DNA from: an uncultured Acidobacteriota bacterium
GTDB taxonomy: Bacteria > Acidobacteriota > Thermoanaerobaculia > Gp7-AA8
NCBI GenBank assembly: GCA_963793695.1
Contig: CAWCBB010000025.1
Location: forward strand, 6,357 to 70,356
Direction of reading: 5' to 3'
Length of the DNA: 64,000 nucleotides
This document shows, in pieces, positions 28,361 through 37,928 of the stretch; position 1 is the stretch's first letter; the number at the start of each line of letters is the position of its first letter. The notes beneath the pieces are model-generated. The model worked only from the letters and a program-made list of their open reading frames with translations. It had not been told where the DNA came from and searched no databases. Position numbers and translations under genes: made by a program.

Positions 28361-31300
28361 ATGTCAGCGTCGTCCCCCTACGGAACCAACATCGCCTTCA
28401 TCGAAGAGCTGTACGACAAGTACAGAGAGAACCCGCTCTCGGTGAGCGCGAGCTGGAGAGAGTTCTTCCAGGATTACGAGCCGGAGTCCGGCGAGGAAGA
28501 CGGCGACCCCTCCCCCGACTGGAGCGCGCAGGAAGCGCAGCTCGCGCAGTGGATGCCGGAGCCCGCGGGGTCCGCGCCCGCGACCGAGGCCCCACCCGCG
28601 AACCGAGAATCCGGGCGGCCGCAGGCCGTCCCTGCTCCCGCGCCCGTCCCCGCTCCCGCCCCCCCGGCGGCGAAGCCCCCGGCCCCTCCCCCGGAAGAGA
28701 AGGCCACGGTCCCGCTCCGCGGCGCCGCTTCGAAGATCGTCAAGAACATGGAGGCGTCGCTCGAGGTCCCCACCGCGACGTCCGTCCGGACGATCCCGGT
28801 CAAGGTCCTCGAGGAAAATCGCCAGGTCATCAACCACCACCTCACCCAGAGCGGCCAGAACAAGGCGTCGTTCACGCACATGATCGCGTGGGCGATCGTG
28901 AAGGCGCTGCGCGAGTACCCGCGCATGAACTCCTCGTTCGCGATGGCGGAGGGCCAGCCCGTGCGGCTCGACCCGCCGCGCGTGAACTTCGGGATCGCGA
29001 TCGACGTCGAGAAGAAGGACGGCTCGCGCTCGCTCCTGGTCCCGAACATCAAGAAGGCGGACACCCTCGACTTCGGCCAGTTCATGAAGCAGTACAACGA
29101 TCTCGTCCGGAAGGCGCGCAGCGGCTCGCTCGAGATCCCCGATTTCGAAGGGACCACGATCTCGCTCACGAATCCCGGGACGATCGGGACGATCTCCTCG
29201 ATCCCGCGCCTCATGCAGACGCAGGGGACGATCATCGCCACGGGCCAGATCGACTATCCGGCGGAGTACTCCGCGACCGACCCGGAAGTCCTCGCGGAGC
29301 TCGGCGTCTCGAAGGTGATGACGATGACGTCGACGTACGACCATCGCATCATCCAGGGAGCCGAGTCGGGCGCGTTCCTCGCCCGCATCCACGAGCTCCT
29401 CCTCGGCGCGGACAACTTCTACGACGACATCTTCCGCGATCTGCGGATCCCCTACGAGCCGCTCCGGTGGTCGCCCGACAAGCGCGGCTCGCTCTTCGGC
29501 GCCGCGCAGAGCGACGCCGCGCTGCAGCGCGAAGCGAGCGTTCTTCAGCTCATCAACGCATATCGCGTCCGCGGCCACCTCATCGCCGATCTCGATCCCC
29601 TCGACTACCGCGTCGGAGCGCACCCCGAGCTGAACCTGGCCTACTACGGGCTGACGATCTGGGACCTCGATCGCGAGTTCATCACCGGCGGCCTGTCGGG
29701 CAAGCCGACCGCGCGCCTGCGCGAGATCCTCGAGATCCTCCGCGACACCTACTGCCGCAAGCTCGCCCCGGAGTACATGCACATCCAGAGTCCGGCCGAG
29801 AAGAAGTGGCTCCGGGATCGGATGGAGCCCGACGCGCAACAGCGAGCCGCTGAGCGGCGAGGTCAAGCGCCGGATCCTGATGAAGCTCACCGACGCCGAG
29901 GTGTTCGAGAAGTTCCTGCACACGAAGTACATCGGGCACAAGCGCTTCTCGCTCGAGGGAGCGGAGACGGTCGTTCCGATGGTCGACCATCTGCTCAACC
30001 GCGCGGCCGCCGACGGGGTGAAGACGTTCATCATCGGCATGGCGCACCGCGGGCGCCTCAACCTGCTCGCGAACATCCTCGGAAAGTCCTACGAGAAGAT
30101 CTTCCACGAGTTCGAAGGCGACATCGACCCGGCGACGATCCAGGGCTCCGGCGACGTGAAGTACCACCTCGGCGCCGACGGAGAGCACGAGGCGCCGGAC
30201 GGAGGGAAGATCGAGCTCCGGCTCGCGTCGAACCCCAGCCATCTCGAGGCGGTCGACCCGATCGTCGAAGGGATGGCGCGCGCGCACCAGAAGCTGCTCG
30301 ACGACCGAGACCGCTCGAAGGTGATCCCGCTGCTGCTCCACGGCGACGCGGCGTTCGCCGGGCAGGGCGTCGTGGCGGAGACGCTCAACCTCTCGCAGCT
30401 CCCCGGCTACACGACCGGAGGGACGGTCCACATCGTCATCAACAATCAGATCGGGTTCACGACCGGTCCCGAGGAAGCGCGCTCGTCGGTCTACGCGACC
30501 GACGTCGCGAAGATGGTCCAGGCCCCGATCTTCCACGTGAACGGCGACTCGCCGGAGGCGTGCGTCCGGGCGATCGAGATCGCGTACGAGTTCCGGCAGA
30601 AGTTCAAGAAGGACGTCGTCATCGACATGTTCTGCTACCGCCGGCACGGCCACAACGAGGGAGACGACCCCTCGTTCACGCAGCCGCGGATGTACAAGCT
30701 GATCAAGGACCACCGCTCCACGCGCAAGCTCTACACCGAGGCGCTGCTCCGGAAGGGGGATCTGGACCCGAAGGAAGCGGAGAGCTGGCTCGAGAAGTTT
30801 CAGAATTCGCTGCAGGAGGCGTTCGACCGGACGCGCGAGGACTCCACTCCCCCGCCGACCGACGGGGACCCGCTCTGGACCGACGAGGAGATCACCGGAA
30901 TCCAGGAAGCCCCGTCGCCGGACACCGGAGTGCCGGCCGGGACGATCGAGCGCGTCGGCCGCGTCCTGACGACGCTGCCCGGAGAATTCACTCCGCATCC
31001 GAAGCTCAAGCCGCTGCTCGAGCGGCGGCGCGCGATGATCGAAGGGCGAGCGCCGATGGACTGGGCGACGGCGGAGCAGCTCGCGTTCGGCGCGATCATG
31101 CTCGACGGCCACCGCGTGCGCCTGAGCGGCCAGGACAGCGGCCGCGGAACGTTCTCGCAGCGACATGCGATCTTCGTCGATTACGCGAGCGGGCGGGAGT
31201 ACCTCCCCCTCGACGCGCTTCGCGAGGTCGCCGCGCCGGCCGACGCGAAGCCGGCGCACCAGAGCCTGGCGGAAGACCAGCACATCGGATTCTCGGTCTA

Positions 31301-32162
31301 CGACTCGCTTCTCTCCGAGTACGGCGTCATGGGGTTCGAGTACGGCTACTCGGTCACGGACCCCTCGACGCTCGTTCTGTGGGAGGCGCAGTTCGGCGAT
31401 TTCATGAACGGCGCGCAGATCATCATCGACCAGTTCCTCTCGAGCGCCGAGGAGAAGTGGGGGCAGCACAGCGGGCTCGTCCTCCTTCTCCCGCACGGGT
31501 TCGAGGGACAGGGGCCGGAGCATTCGAGCGCACGTCTCGAGCGCTTCCTCATCCTCTGCGCCGAGGGAAACATGCAGGTCGCGAACGTGACGACGCCGGC
31601 GCAGTACTTCCACCTGCTGCGGCGCCAGATGCGGAACGACCCGCGAAAGCCGCTCGTCGTCACCACGCCGAAGTCGCTGCTGCGGCACCCCCAGGCCGTC
31701 TCGCCGGTCGAAGAGTTGACGCGCGGGCGGTTCGAGCCGGTGCTCGACGATCCCTCGTTCGCGGAGGGAGCCCGCGAGAGCGTCCGGCGGCTCGTGTTTC
31801 TCTCGGGAAAGCTCTACTACGACGTCGCCGCGGCGCGGCAGTCGCTCGCGAGCGCGGGCGGCGCGGTCGCGGTCGCCCGCCTCGAGCAGTTCTATCCCTG
31901 GCCTGGCCCGAGGATCGCCGAGGTGATCGCGCGGTATCCGAACCTCACCGAGGTCGTCTGGGCGCAGGAGGAGCCGCGCAACATGGGCGGCTGGACCTTC
32001 CTCTCGCATCGCCTCCTCGCGCTCACGAACCTTCCCGTCCGCTACATCGGACGGCCGGTCAGCGCGTCCCCGGCAAGCGGCTCCCACCTGCGCCACGAGT
32101 CGCAGCAGCACGCGATCGTGGAGGCGGTGTTGGGGCAGCAGGAAGTAGGAAGTAGGAAGTAG
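28361..32162 (+). CDS. sucA: 2-oxoglutarate dehydrogenase E1, long Kgd/OdhA type with an N-terminal E2-like acyltransferase segment; one frame break near 29845
   Basis: MSASSPYGTNIAFIEELYDKYRENPLSVSASWREFF...; E2-like part VPLRGAASKIVKNMEASLEVPTATSVRTIP...MTSTYDHRIIQGAESGAFL; E1 part ...RFSLEGAETVVPMVDHLL...GMAHRGRLNLLANI...LLLHGDAAFAGQGVV...QENRGTFSQRH-like...LLLPHGFEGQGPEHSSARLERFL. Confidence 0.9.
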
Positions 32163-32238
32163 GAAGTAGGAAGTAGGAAGTAGGAAGTAGGAAGTAGGAA
32201 GTAGGAAGTAGGAAGTAGGAAGCAGGAAGTAGAAAGTA
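32141..32238. repeat. Heptanucleotide microsatellite (GGAAGTA)n, 11 perfect and 3 degenerate units, overlapping the sucA stop
   Basis: Read directly. The perfect run is 32141-32217, followed by ggaagca, ggaagta and gaaagta. Every unit contains TAG, so stops occur in all three plus-strand frames. Both sucA reading frames terminate inside it, at 32155 and 32162. Confidence 0.95.
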
Positions 32239-32369
32239 GAAAGGGCCCACCCTCCCTCGCCCGAAGGGCGACGGAAATAGCCGGGGGTGAGCGCGAAGCG
32301 CGAACCCCCGGAACGCCGGGAAAAAAAGTCACGCGCCCCGAGAGGGGCGCCGGAAGATCAAGGAGCTCC

Positions 32370-32873
32370 ATGTCCAGCATCCCGATTCAAAGCCTCGACG
32401 ACGACGCCAGAGTCTGGCTCTTCGGCTCGTCCGCGCCGCTGACCGAGGAGCAGAAGCGCGTCGCGCGCGCGACGCTCTCCACGTATCTCGCCGACTGGAG
32501 CTCGCACGGCGAGGACGTCCCCGCCGCCGTCGACGTCGTCGGCGATCGATTCCTCGTCGTGGCCGCGGACCGCCGCGCGGTCTCGGGCGGATGCTCGGTC
32601 GACCGGATGTACCGTCAGGTCCGGGCGCTGCGCGACTCGGTCGGCGCGGACCTTCTCGAGTCGACGCTCGTCTTCTGGCGCGAGGGCGACGCGATCCGCG
32701 GCGCCACGCGCTCGGAGTTCCGCAGGCTCGCCGAGACCGGCGCGGTGGACGCCGAGACCGTGATCTTCGACACGACCGCGGAGACCCTCGGCGCGATCCG
32801 CACCGGCGCGTGGGAGCGCCGCGCATCGGATTCGTGGCACGCGGAGGCGTTTCCGCTTCGAAAGGTCTCCTGA
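32370..32873 (+). CDS. Conserved hypothetical protein (167 aa)
   Basis: Intact ORF: ...ARVWLFGSSAPLTEEQKRVARATLSTYLADWSSHGEDVPAAVDVVGDRFLVVAAD...VSGGCSVDRMY... It resembles a widespread ~160-aa family that I cannot name with certainty. Confidence 0.65.
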   Translation: MSSIPIQSLDDDARVWLFGSSAPLTEEQKRVARATLSTYLADWSSHGEDVPAAVDVVGDRFLVVAADRRAVSGGCSVDRMYRQVRALRDSVGADLLESTLVFWREGDAIRGATRSEFRRLAETGAVDAETVIFDTTAETLGAIRTGAWERRASDSWHAEAFPLRKVS

Positions 32874-32874
32874 G

Positions 32875-33330
32875 ATGGGATTCCGCGCGCTCGCGAAGCT
32901 CTTCCAGCAGTCATCACCCGAGGATGAGAGGCGCGCGACCCAGCACCGGCTCCGGCTCGCGACGGCGTCCGTCCTCCTCGAGACGGCGTACGCGGACGAT
33001 TCGTTCTCGATCGCCGAAAAGAAGGACATCGTCGAGTACCTTCGCGGGCGCTTCGCCCTCGACGAGAACGACGCGCACGAGCTCCTCGAGTCGGCCGAAG
33101 AGCAGCGCTCGAACACCATCGACCACTTCGCGATGACGAACTTCCTGCGGAAGAACGCGCCGCTCGCCGAGCGGATCGAGATCGTCAAGGAGATGTGGCG
33201 CCTCGTCTACCGCGACGGCAACCTCCACCAGTACGAGAACTACCTCGTGCGCAAGCTCGCCGACCTCCTCGGCCTCGAGCACCACGTCATGATCGAGGCG
33301 AAGCTCGAGGTCGCGAAAGAGAATCCGTGA
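32875..33330 (+). CDS. TerB-family (tellurite-resistance TerB-like) protein
   Basis: ...LLETAYADDSFSIAEKKDIVEYLRGRFALDENDAHELLESAEE...ERIEIVKEMWRLVYRDGNLHQYENYLVRKLADLLGLEH is the typical TerB helical repeat pattern. Confidence 0.75.
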   Translation: MGFRALAKLFQQSSPEDERRATQHRLRLATASVLLETAYADDSFSIAEKKDIVEYLRGRFALDENDAHELLESAEEQRSNTIDHFAMTNFLRKNAPLAERIEIVKEMWRLVYRDGNLHQYENYLVRKLADLLGLEHHVMIEAKLEVAKENP

Positions 33331-33333
33331 TCG

Positions 33334-34375
33334 CTACCTCTGGCTCATCAGCGCGAACCCGATCATCTTGTAGAGCAGCCGCGCGCCGACGTTCGCGTCC
33401 CACTCGGTCGCTCCCGGCGAGACCTCGCACAGATCGAGCCCGACGATTCTCCTGCCGCCACGGACGAGCGCCCGCGAGCAGCGCCGATCGCCTCGTTCCA
33501 CGACAGGCCCGCCCGGCACCGGCGTTCCCGTGCTCGGGCACAGCGTCGGGTCGAGCCCGTCGATGTCCCACGAGAGATAGACCGTCCCGGGCAGTTGCGC
33601 GACGATCTCGTCCGCGATCGCCGCCCACGCCGTCCCCTGCTCCTTCTGGCGCCGCGAGATCGGGATCGTAGAACGTGACGATCCGCCCTCCCGAGCCGTC
33701 GATCATCGCCCGCTCCGCGTCGCCGAGGTCGCGGATGCCGACCTGCACGAGCTTTCCGACCTCCGGGATGCGCGTCATCACGTTGTGGAAGATCGAGGCG
33801 TGCGACCAGGTGAAGCCCTCGTACGCGTCGCGCAGATCGGCGTGCGCGTCGAGGTGCAGGATCCCGAGCCCGGGGTAGCGCTCGGCGTACGCCGCGATCG
33901 CGCCGAACGGGACCGAGTGATCGCCGCCGAGGATGACGGCGCATCTTGCCCGGCGCCGAGCAGCGGCGCGTCTGCGCCGTACACCCAGTCGTTGATCTGC
34001 TCGCCCAGCTCGTCGACCTCGGCCACCGCGCGCCGCATGGCCGCGTCGTCGCCCGCTCCTCCCGCCTCGATCACCGGCCCGGCGAGCCGCATGCCGATCT
34101 CGGCTCCAGTCGGCGCACGTGCGCCGGGATCGGGAGCATCGCGATGCCGGCTCGTAGGACGCCCGGTTTCGTGATCGAAGAGGTCGACCTGCTTCGATGC
34201 CTCGAGCACCGCCGCGGGCCCTCCGAGGTCGCCGCCGCCGTACGAGGTCGTCGCCTCGAAGGGGACCGGGATGACGATCACCTTCGATTCCTCCGGACGA
34301 GAACGGGAGACCGTAGATGCCCGACTCGGCCGGCGCGGCGGCATCGGGGTCGAACGTGGCGGGATCGAACGGCAT
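33334..34375 (-). pseudogene. Arginase-family hydrolase (agmatinase/formimidoylglutamase-like); four or more frame breaks
   Basis: MPFDPATFDPDAAAPAESGIYGLPFS / KVIVIPVPFEATTSYGGG / CAVILGGDHSVPFGAIAAYAERYPGLGILHLDAHADLRDAYEG...HASIFHNV / VGLDLCEVSPGATEWDANVGARLLYKMIGFAL. The Mn-binding GGDHS, DAHxD and xDxD-type motifs are present, but the pieces lie in three frames. Confidence 0.8.
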
Positions 34376-34456
34376 GGGAAGAGAGTCTAGGTGTCTGGGG
34401 GGTCCGGAGTCTAGGAGTCGGGTTGATACAATGACCCCGGAACCGGAGGTACTCCC

Positions 34457-35122
34457 ATGACGAAGAAGAACATCGAGATCGAGTGCCCCGACTGCGGGAC
34501 GGCGATCGTGATCGAGCGCGAGACGGGAGAGATCCTCTGGCACAAGCCGCGCGAGACGGCGCAGAAGCACAACCTCGAGGCGATGGTGTCGGACCTCCGG
34601 GGCCAGAAGGACGAGATGGAGAAGAAGTTCGACAAGAACCTCGAGGCGCAGAAGGACCGGAAGCGCATCCTCGAAGAGAAGTTCAAGGAAGCGCTCCAGC
34701 GGGCGGACAAATCGGACAAGCCGATGAAGAACCCGCTCGACCTCGACTCGACGGATCCCCGCCCGACCGCCCACCATCCCCTCACCCGGCTCGCTGCGCG
34801 AGCCACCCTCTCCCCGCTCGCGACGCTCGCGGGGCGAGGGGAAACGGATCCCCGCCCGACCGCCCACCGTCAGGGGAATGCGAACGCTTCGAAGTCCTTG
34901 ACCACGTTCGTCGCGTTGGCGGGCACGCTGCGCTGCCACACGGCGCACGTCTGCGTGTCTTCGATCCTGACCGTGTACTCCGCTCCCGCGAAGCCCGTGA
35001 GGAACACCCAGTACTTGTTGTTGATCCCCTGCCCCTTGATCATCCGCACGAGCGCCTCGAGGCTCTTCGGCGCGAACGAGTACATGGAAAAGAACGCGCT
35101 GGCGCTCAGCGGCCCGTATTGA
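34457..35122 (+). CDS. Small zinc-ribbon/coiled-coil protein; the true 3' end is uncertain because the ORF reads through a REP element into the convergent protease gene
   Basis: MTKKNIEIECPDCGTAIVIERETGEILWHKPRE...KDRKRILEEKFKEALQRADKSDKPMKNPLDLD looks like a complete ~100-aa protein. After 34751 the frame runs through the repeat element and then antisense to the S1 peptidase gene. Confidence 0.5.
   Translation: MTKKNIEIECPDCGTAIVIERETGEILWHKPRETAQKHNLEAMVSDLRGQKDEMEKKFDKNLEAQKDRKRILEEKFKEALQRADKSDKPMKNPLDLDSTDPRPTAHHPLTRLAARATLSPLATLAGRGETDPRPTAHRQGNANASKSLTTFVALAGTLRCHTAHVCVSSILTVYSAPAKPVRNTQYLLLIPCPLIIRTSASRLFGANEYMEKNALALSGPY
34751..34868. repeat. REP-like element: perfect 25-bp direct repeats flanking a ccctctcccc...ggggcgagggg hairpin
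   Basis: acggatccccgcccgaccgcccacc occurs identically at 34751-34775 and 34844-34868. The core at 34806-34841 is an imperfect palindrome of the same family seen at 9804, 18441, 18546 and 44611. Confidence 0.9.
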
Positions 35123-36597
35123 GGGTGGACCTCCTCGACGTTCTCGGCATACCGCACCACGGATCCGCGTCCCGAGAGCTTCGAGAACGAGTCGTTCCAC
35201 GTCGGGATCGTCACCTTGAACCGGTTTCCGAGTAGGCAGGCGGTGTTCGCGTCGGGGACGCACGCCGAGCACGTGCTCGACGGCGAGAGGTACGGAGCGA
35301 GGAGCGGATAGGACTGCGAGAGCGCGCCGTCCACCGTATTGTTTCCCGCGTTGCACGCGTTGCCCGGCTCGGGACCGCAGTGGCCGAAAAGCTGGCCGAC
35401 GATGTACCCCCCGGCGAGGATGACCGGCGCGCCCGACGAGCCGCCCGCCACGCCCCCGCCCCCGTTGATCGAGGTCGAATAGATGTACGAGGGGCGAGCC
35501 TTCGTATCGCAGGTCCCTACGCTCGTGTCCACCCTCGTGACGGAGTATCTCTGCGCGACGCCGTCGGGATGGGAGAGCCGGTGAAGAACGGCGCCGTTGG
35601 GCACTGCGCTCGCCTCCGCCGTCCAGCCGAGGAAGACGCGGCCGTTCGGAATCGAGCTCAGGCGCAGCAGGGTCACGTCCGTCGTGGGCGAGGTCGCGAG
35701 GAGCGACGACGCGTTCGTGCGCGGCACCGTGCTCGGGTCCGGGTCGGGCGCATTGCACGAGGCAGAGATGTAATCCCAGTACGCTTCGAGCGACGATGCC
35801 TCCGCCTGTGTGGACAGGCAGTGATTGGCCGTCAACAGGTAGGGAGTGTACGTGGAGCCGCTGTCGATCACGAGGGCGCCGCTGCAGATGTAGCTCGCGT
35901 TGCCGTTCACGTAGCGGAGATGCGCCACGGCCTTCCGGTACTCGGCGATGACGTCGAGGATGTCCGTCCCGGGGCACGGCCCGTCGATCAGGCACTCCGT
36001 AGACTGGGCCTTCACCTCGCCGGAGTCGCGCACGACGTATTCGAGGACCGAATCGAGCTCGATCTCGTACCCGCCCGCCGGCGCGGAGACCGCGAAGTTG
36101 ATGTGGTCCGCCCAGACGGACGGCGTCCAGAAATCTCCGGCCCCTCCGGCCAGCGATGCGTCGAACCAGATCGGGTCCGATCCATCGCTCCAGACCCACA
36201 TGTTCGTCCCGGGCGGGAGCGAGAACTTCGCGACATGGAGGCGGAGGCCGGCCGCATTCTCGACGTCGATCCTGATCCGCGCCCCGGCGCTGCCGGCGCC
36301 GGCCGCGATCCTCGACTCGCGCTTCAGAACGAGAGGAGACTGCAGCGGCCGCGTGAAGCCGTCGCGGTACGGGAGCCGGCCCGATTCGTTCCATGCGCGG
36401 AGGGCGGCGAGCGAATCGCCGGCTCCTGCGCTCGCCGCCGACATCCGCGCGGACGCGCTGACCGGCGCGGTGAGGATCTCGCGAGCCATCGACGGGCGCG
36501 CCGGAATCGGTCGATCGGGCGCTTTCGCGGGCGGCATCTGCTGGCCGAACACTACGCTCCAGCCGAGGATCAGAACGAAAAAACGGACGAATTTCAC
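34870..36597 (-). CDS. Secreted trypsin-like (S1 family) serine peptidase with a C-terminal extra domain
   Basis: GTG start at 36597 with AGGAGG 7 nt upstream. Signal peptide VKFVRFFVLILGWSVVFG. Catalytic His in YLLTANHC and Ser in GGSSGAPV. The longer track ORF (to 37455) is an upstream read-through. Confidence 0.85.
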   Translation of the reverse strand: MKFVRFFVLILGWSVVFGQQMPPAKAPDRPIPARPSMAREILTAPVSASARMSAASAGAGDSLAALRAWNESGRLPYRDGFTRPLQSPLVLKRESRIAAGAGSAGARIRIDVENAAGLRLHVAKFSLPPGTNMWVWSDGSDPIWFDASLAGGAGDFWTPSVWADHINFAVSAPAGGYEIELDSVLEYVVRDSGEVKAQSTECLIDGPCPGTDILDVIAEYRKAVAHLRYVNGNASYICSGALVIDSGSTYTPYLLTANHCLSTQAEASSLEAYWDYISASCNAPDPDPSTVPRTNASSLLATSPTTDVTLLRLSSIPNGRVFLGWTAEASAVPNGAVLHRLSHPDGVAQRYSVTRVDTSVGTCDTKARPSYIYSTSINGGGGVAGGSSGAPVILAGGYIVGQLFGHCGPEPGNACNAGNNTVDGALSQSYPLLAPYLSPSSTCSACVPDANTACLLGNRFKVTIPTWNDSFSKLSGRGSVVRYAENVEEVHPQYGPLSASAFFSMYSFAPKSLEALVRMIKGQGINNKYWVFLTGFAGAEYTVRIEDTQTCAVWQRSVPANATNVVKDFEAFAFP

Positions 36598-36825
36598 GCG
36601 AAGACCTCCTGAACAGCGTGGGGTGAATATCAGTTTTTGTGGGGATTCGGTGCGGACGAGGATACACGCTTCCGCGCCGGAAGGAATCCGGCGCATTTGG
36701 CGCCGGCGAGGCGAGGGCCGTGCTCGGCCGCGGATCGCCACTCGGGACCGGCTTGGGTCCATGGCGGAAGCACGCGGCCCAACGTCACCCGGAGCGCGAG
36801 CCCGCCGCGGGCGCAAAATCAAAGG

Positions 36826-37869
36826 ATGCTCGAAGGCCGGAAAGTTCTCGTTCTCGAAAGCGATGCCGCGGCGGCGTTTCCTCTCGGCGCCGCGCTCCGC
36901 CGCAATGGATGGGCCGTGATCGCCGCGCAGGATGCCGCGCAGGCGATGCAGGTCGCGCGTCAACAGAAACCGGACGCCGTCGTGATCAACGCGCTGCTCG
37001 CCGGCGGTGGTGGGATCGTCGCCTTGAAGAGACTCCGTTCCTCGGTCTACACCACGGCGATCCCGGCGATCTGCATCGCGGCGCCGAACGGGCGGGATCG
37101 GGCAGAGCTCGCCGCCGCCGGAGCCCAGGAAATGATCGACCCGCCGGGAGATCCGGACGCGATCAACGCGGCGCTCTCGAAGTGCCTCGGACGTGCCGAA
37201 ATGACGTATGCGGTGCCGCCGGCGGTGCTCGGCAGCCGGTCGCGGACGGCTGCGCTCGAGGAGAGCGGCCTGCTCGATAGCGCCGAGGATGAACGGCTCG
37301 ATGAGCTGACGCGGCTCGCCGCGACGCTCCTCGGCGTTCCGGTGGCGCTGGTTTCCGTCGTCGATTCGACGCGCCAGTTCTTCAAGAGCCAGACGGGCCT
37401 GCCGGAGCCGTGGCGGTCGGCGCGTCAGACGCCGCTGTCGCACTCGTTCTGCCAATGGGTCGTCGGGGGGAACGAGGAGGTCGTCATCTGCGATGTCAGC
37501 CAGGACCCTGTTCTGCGGAGCAATCTGGCAGTTCGCGACCTCGGAGTCTCGGCGTACGCGGGGATTCCGTTCCGTGCGAAGCCGGGCGAAACGCTCGGCT
37601 CCTTCTGCGCGATCGACACGGTTCCCAAAGAGTGGACCGAGTCCGAATTGGCGACCTTGCGCGATCTCTCGCTCGTCCTCGAGTCGTACCTCGCCGACAC
37701 GAGAGCCGGGGATGCGCAGACGAAGATCACCACGGTAGCCAACGGGATCATGGGAGCGGCTCGCGCACTGCTCCGTGATTCGGAGCGGTGCGGGAACGCC
37801 GAGCGCCTCACCCTGGGACGAATGGTCGAAGAGCAGAGCCGGCGCCTGGTCCGTCTGCAGGGTTCGTAG
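36826..37869 (+). CDS. Receiver (REC) + GAF domain protein
   Basis: MLEGRKVLVLESDAAAAFPLG...DAVVINALLAGGGG (receiver-like region), then ERLDELTRLAATLLGVPVALVSVVDSTRQFFKSQTGL...SHSFCQWVV...VICDVSQDPVLRSN...AYAGIPF, a GAF domain typical of GAF-containing signalling proteins. Confidence 0.75.
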   Translation: MLEGRKVLVLESDAAAAFPLGAALRRNGWAVIAAQDAAQAMQVARQQKPDAVVINALLAGGGGIVALKRLRSSVYTTAIPAICIAAPNGRDRAELAAAGAQEMIDPPGDPDAINAALSKCLGRAEMTYAVPPAVLGSRSRTAALEESGLLDSAEDERLDELTRLAATLLGVPVALVSVVDSTRQFFKSQTGLPEPWRSARQTPLSHSFCQWVVGGNEEVVICDVSQDPVLRSNLAVRDLGVSAYAGIPFRAKPGETLGSFCAIDTVPKEWTESELATLRDLSLVLESYLADTRAGDAQTKITTVANGIMGAARALLRDSERCGNAERLTLGRMVEEQSRRLVRLQGS

Positions 37870-37928
37870 GGTTGCACGAGGGCGCCTCCTCTCGACGCGC
37901 GGCGCCGAGACGCCTAGACTCCGGCTGG

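Noticed and set aside
33287-36667. 1126-aa minus-strand ORF, the longest in the track
   Set aside because: It is an Arg/Pro/Gly-rich out-of-frame shadow typical of ~70% G+C DNA. The same region is explained by the arginase-family gene and the S1 peptidase, which have catalytic motifs and a strong RBS at 36597.
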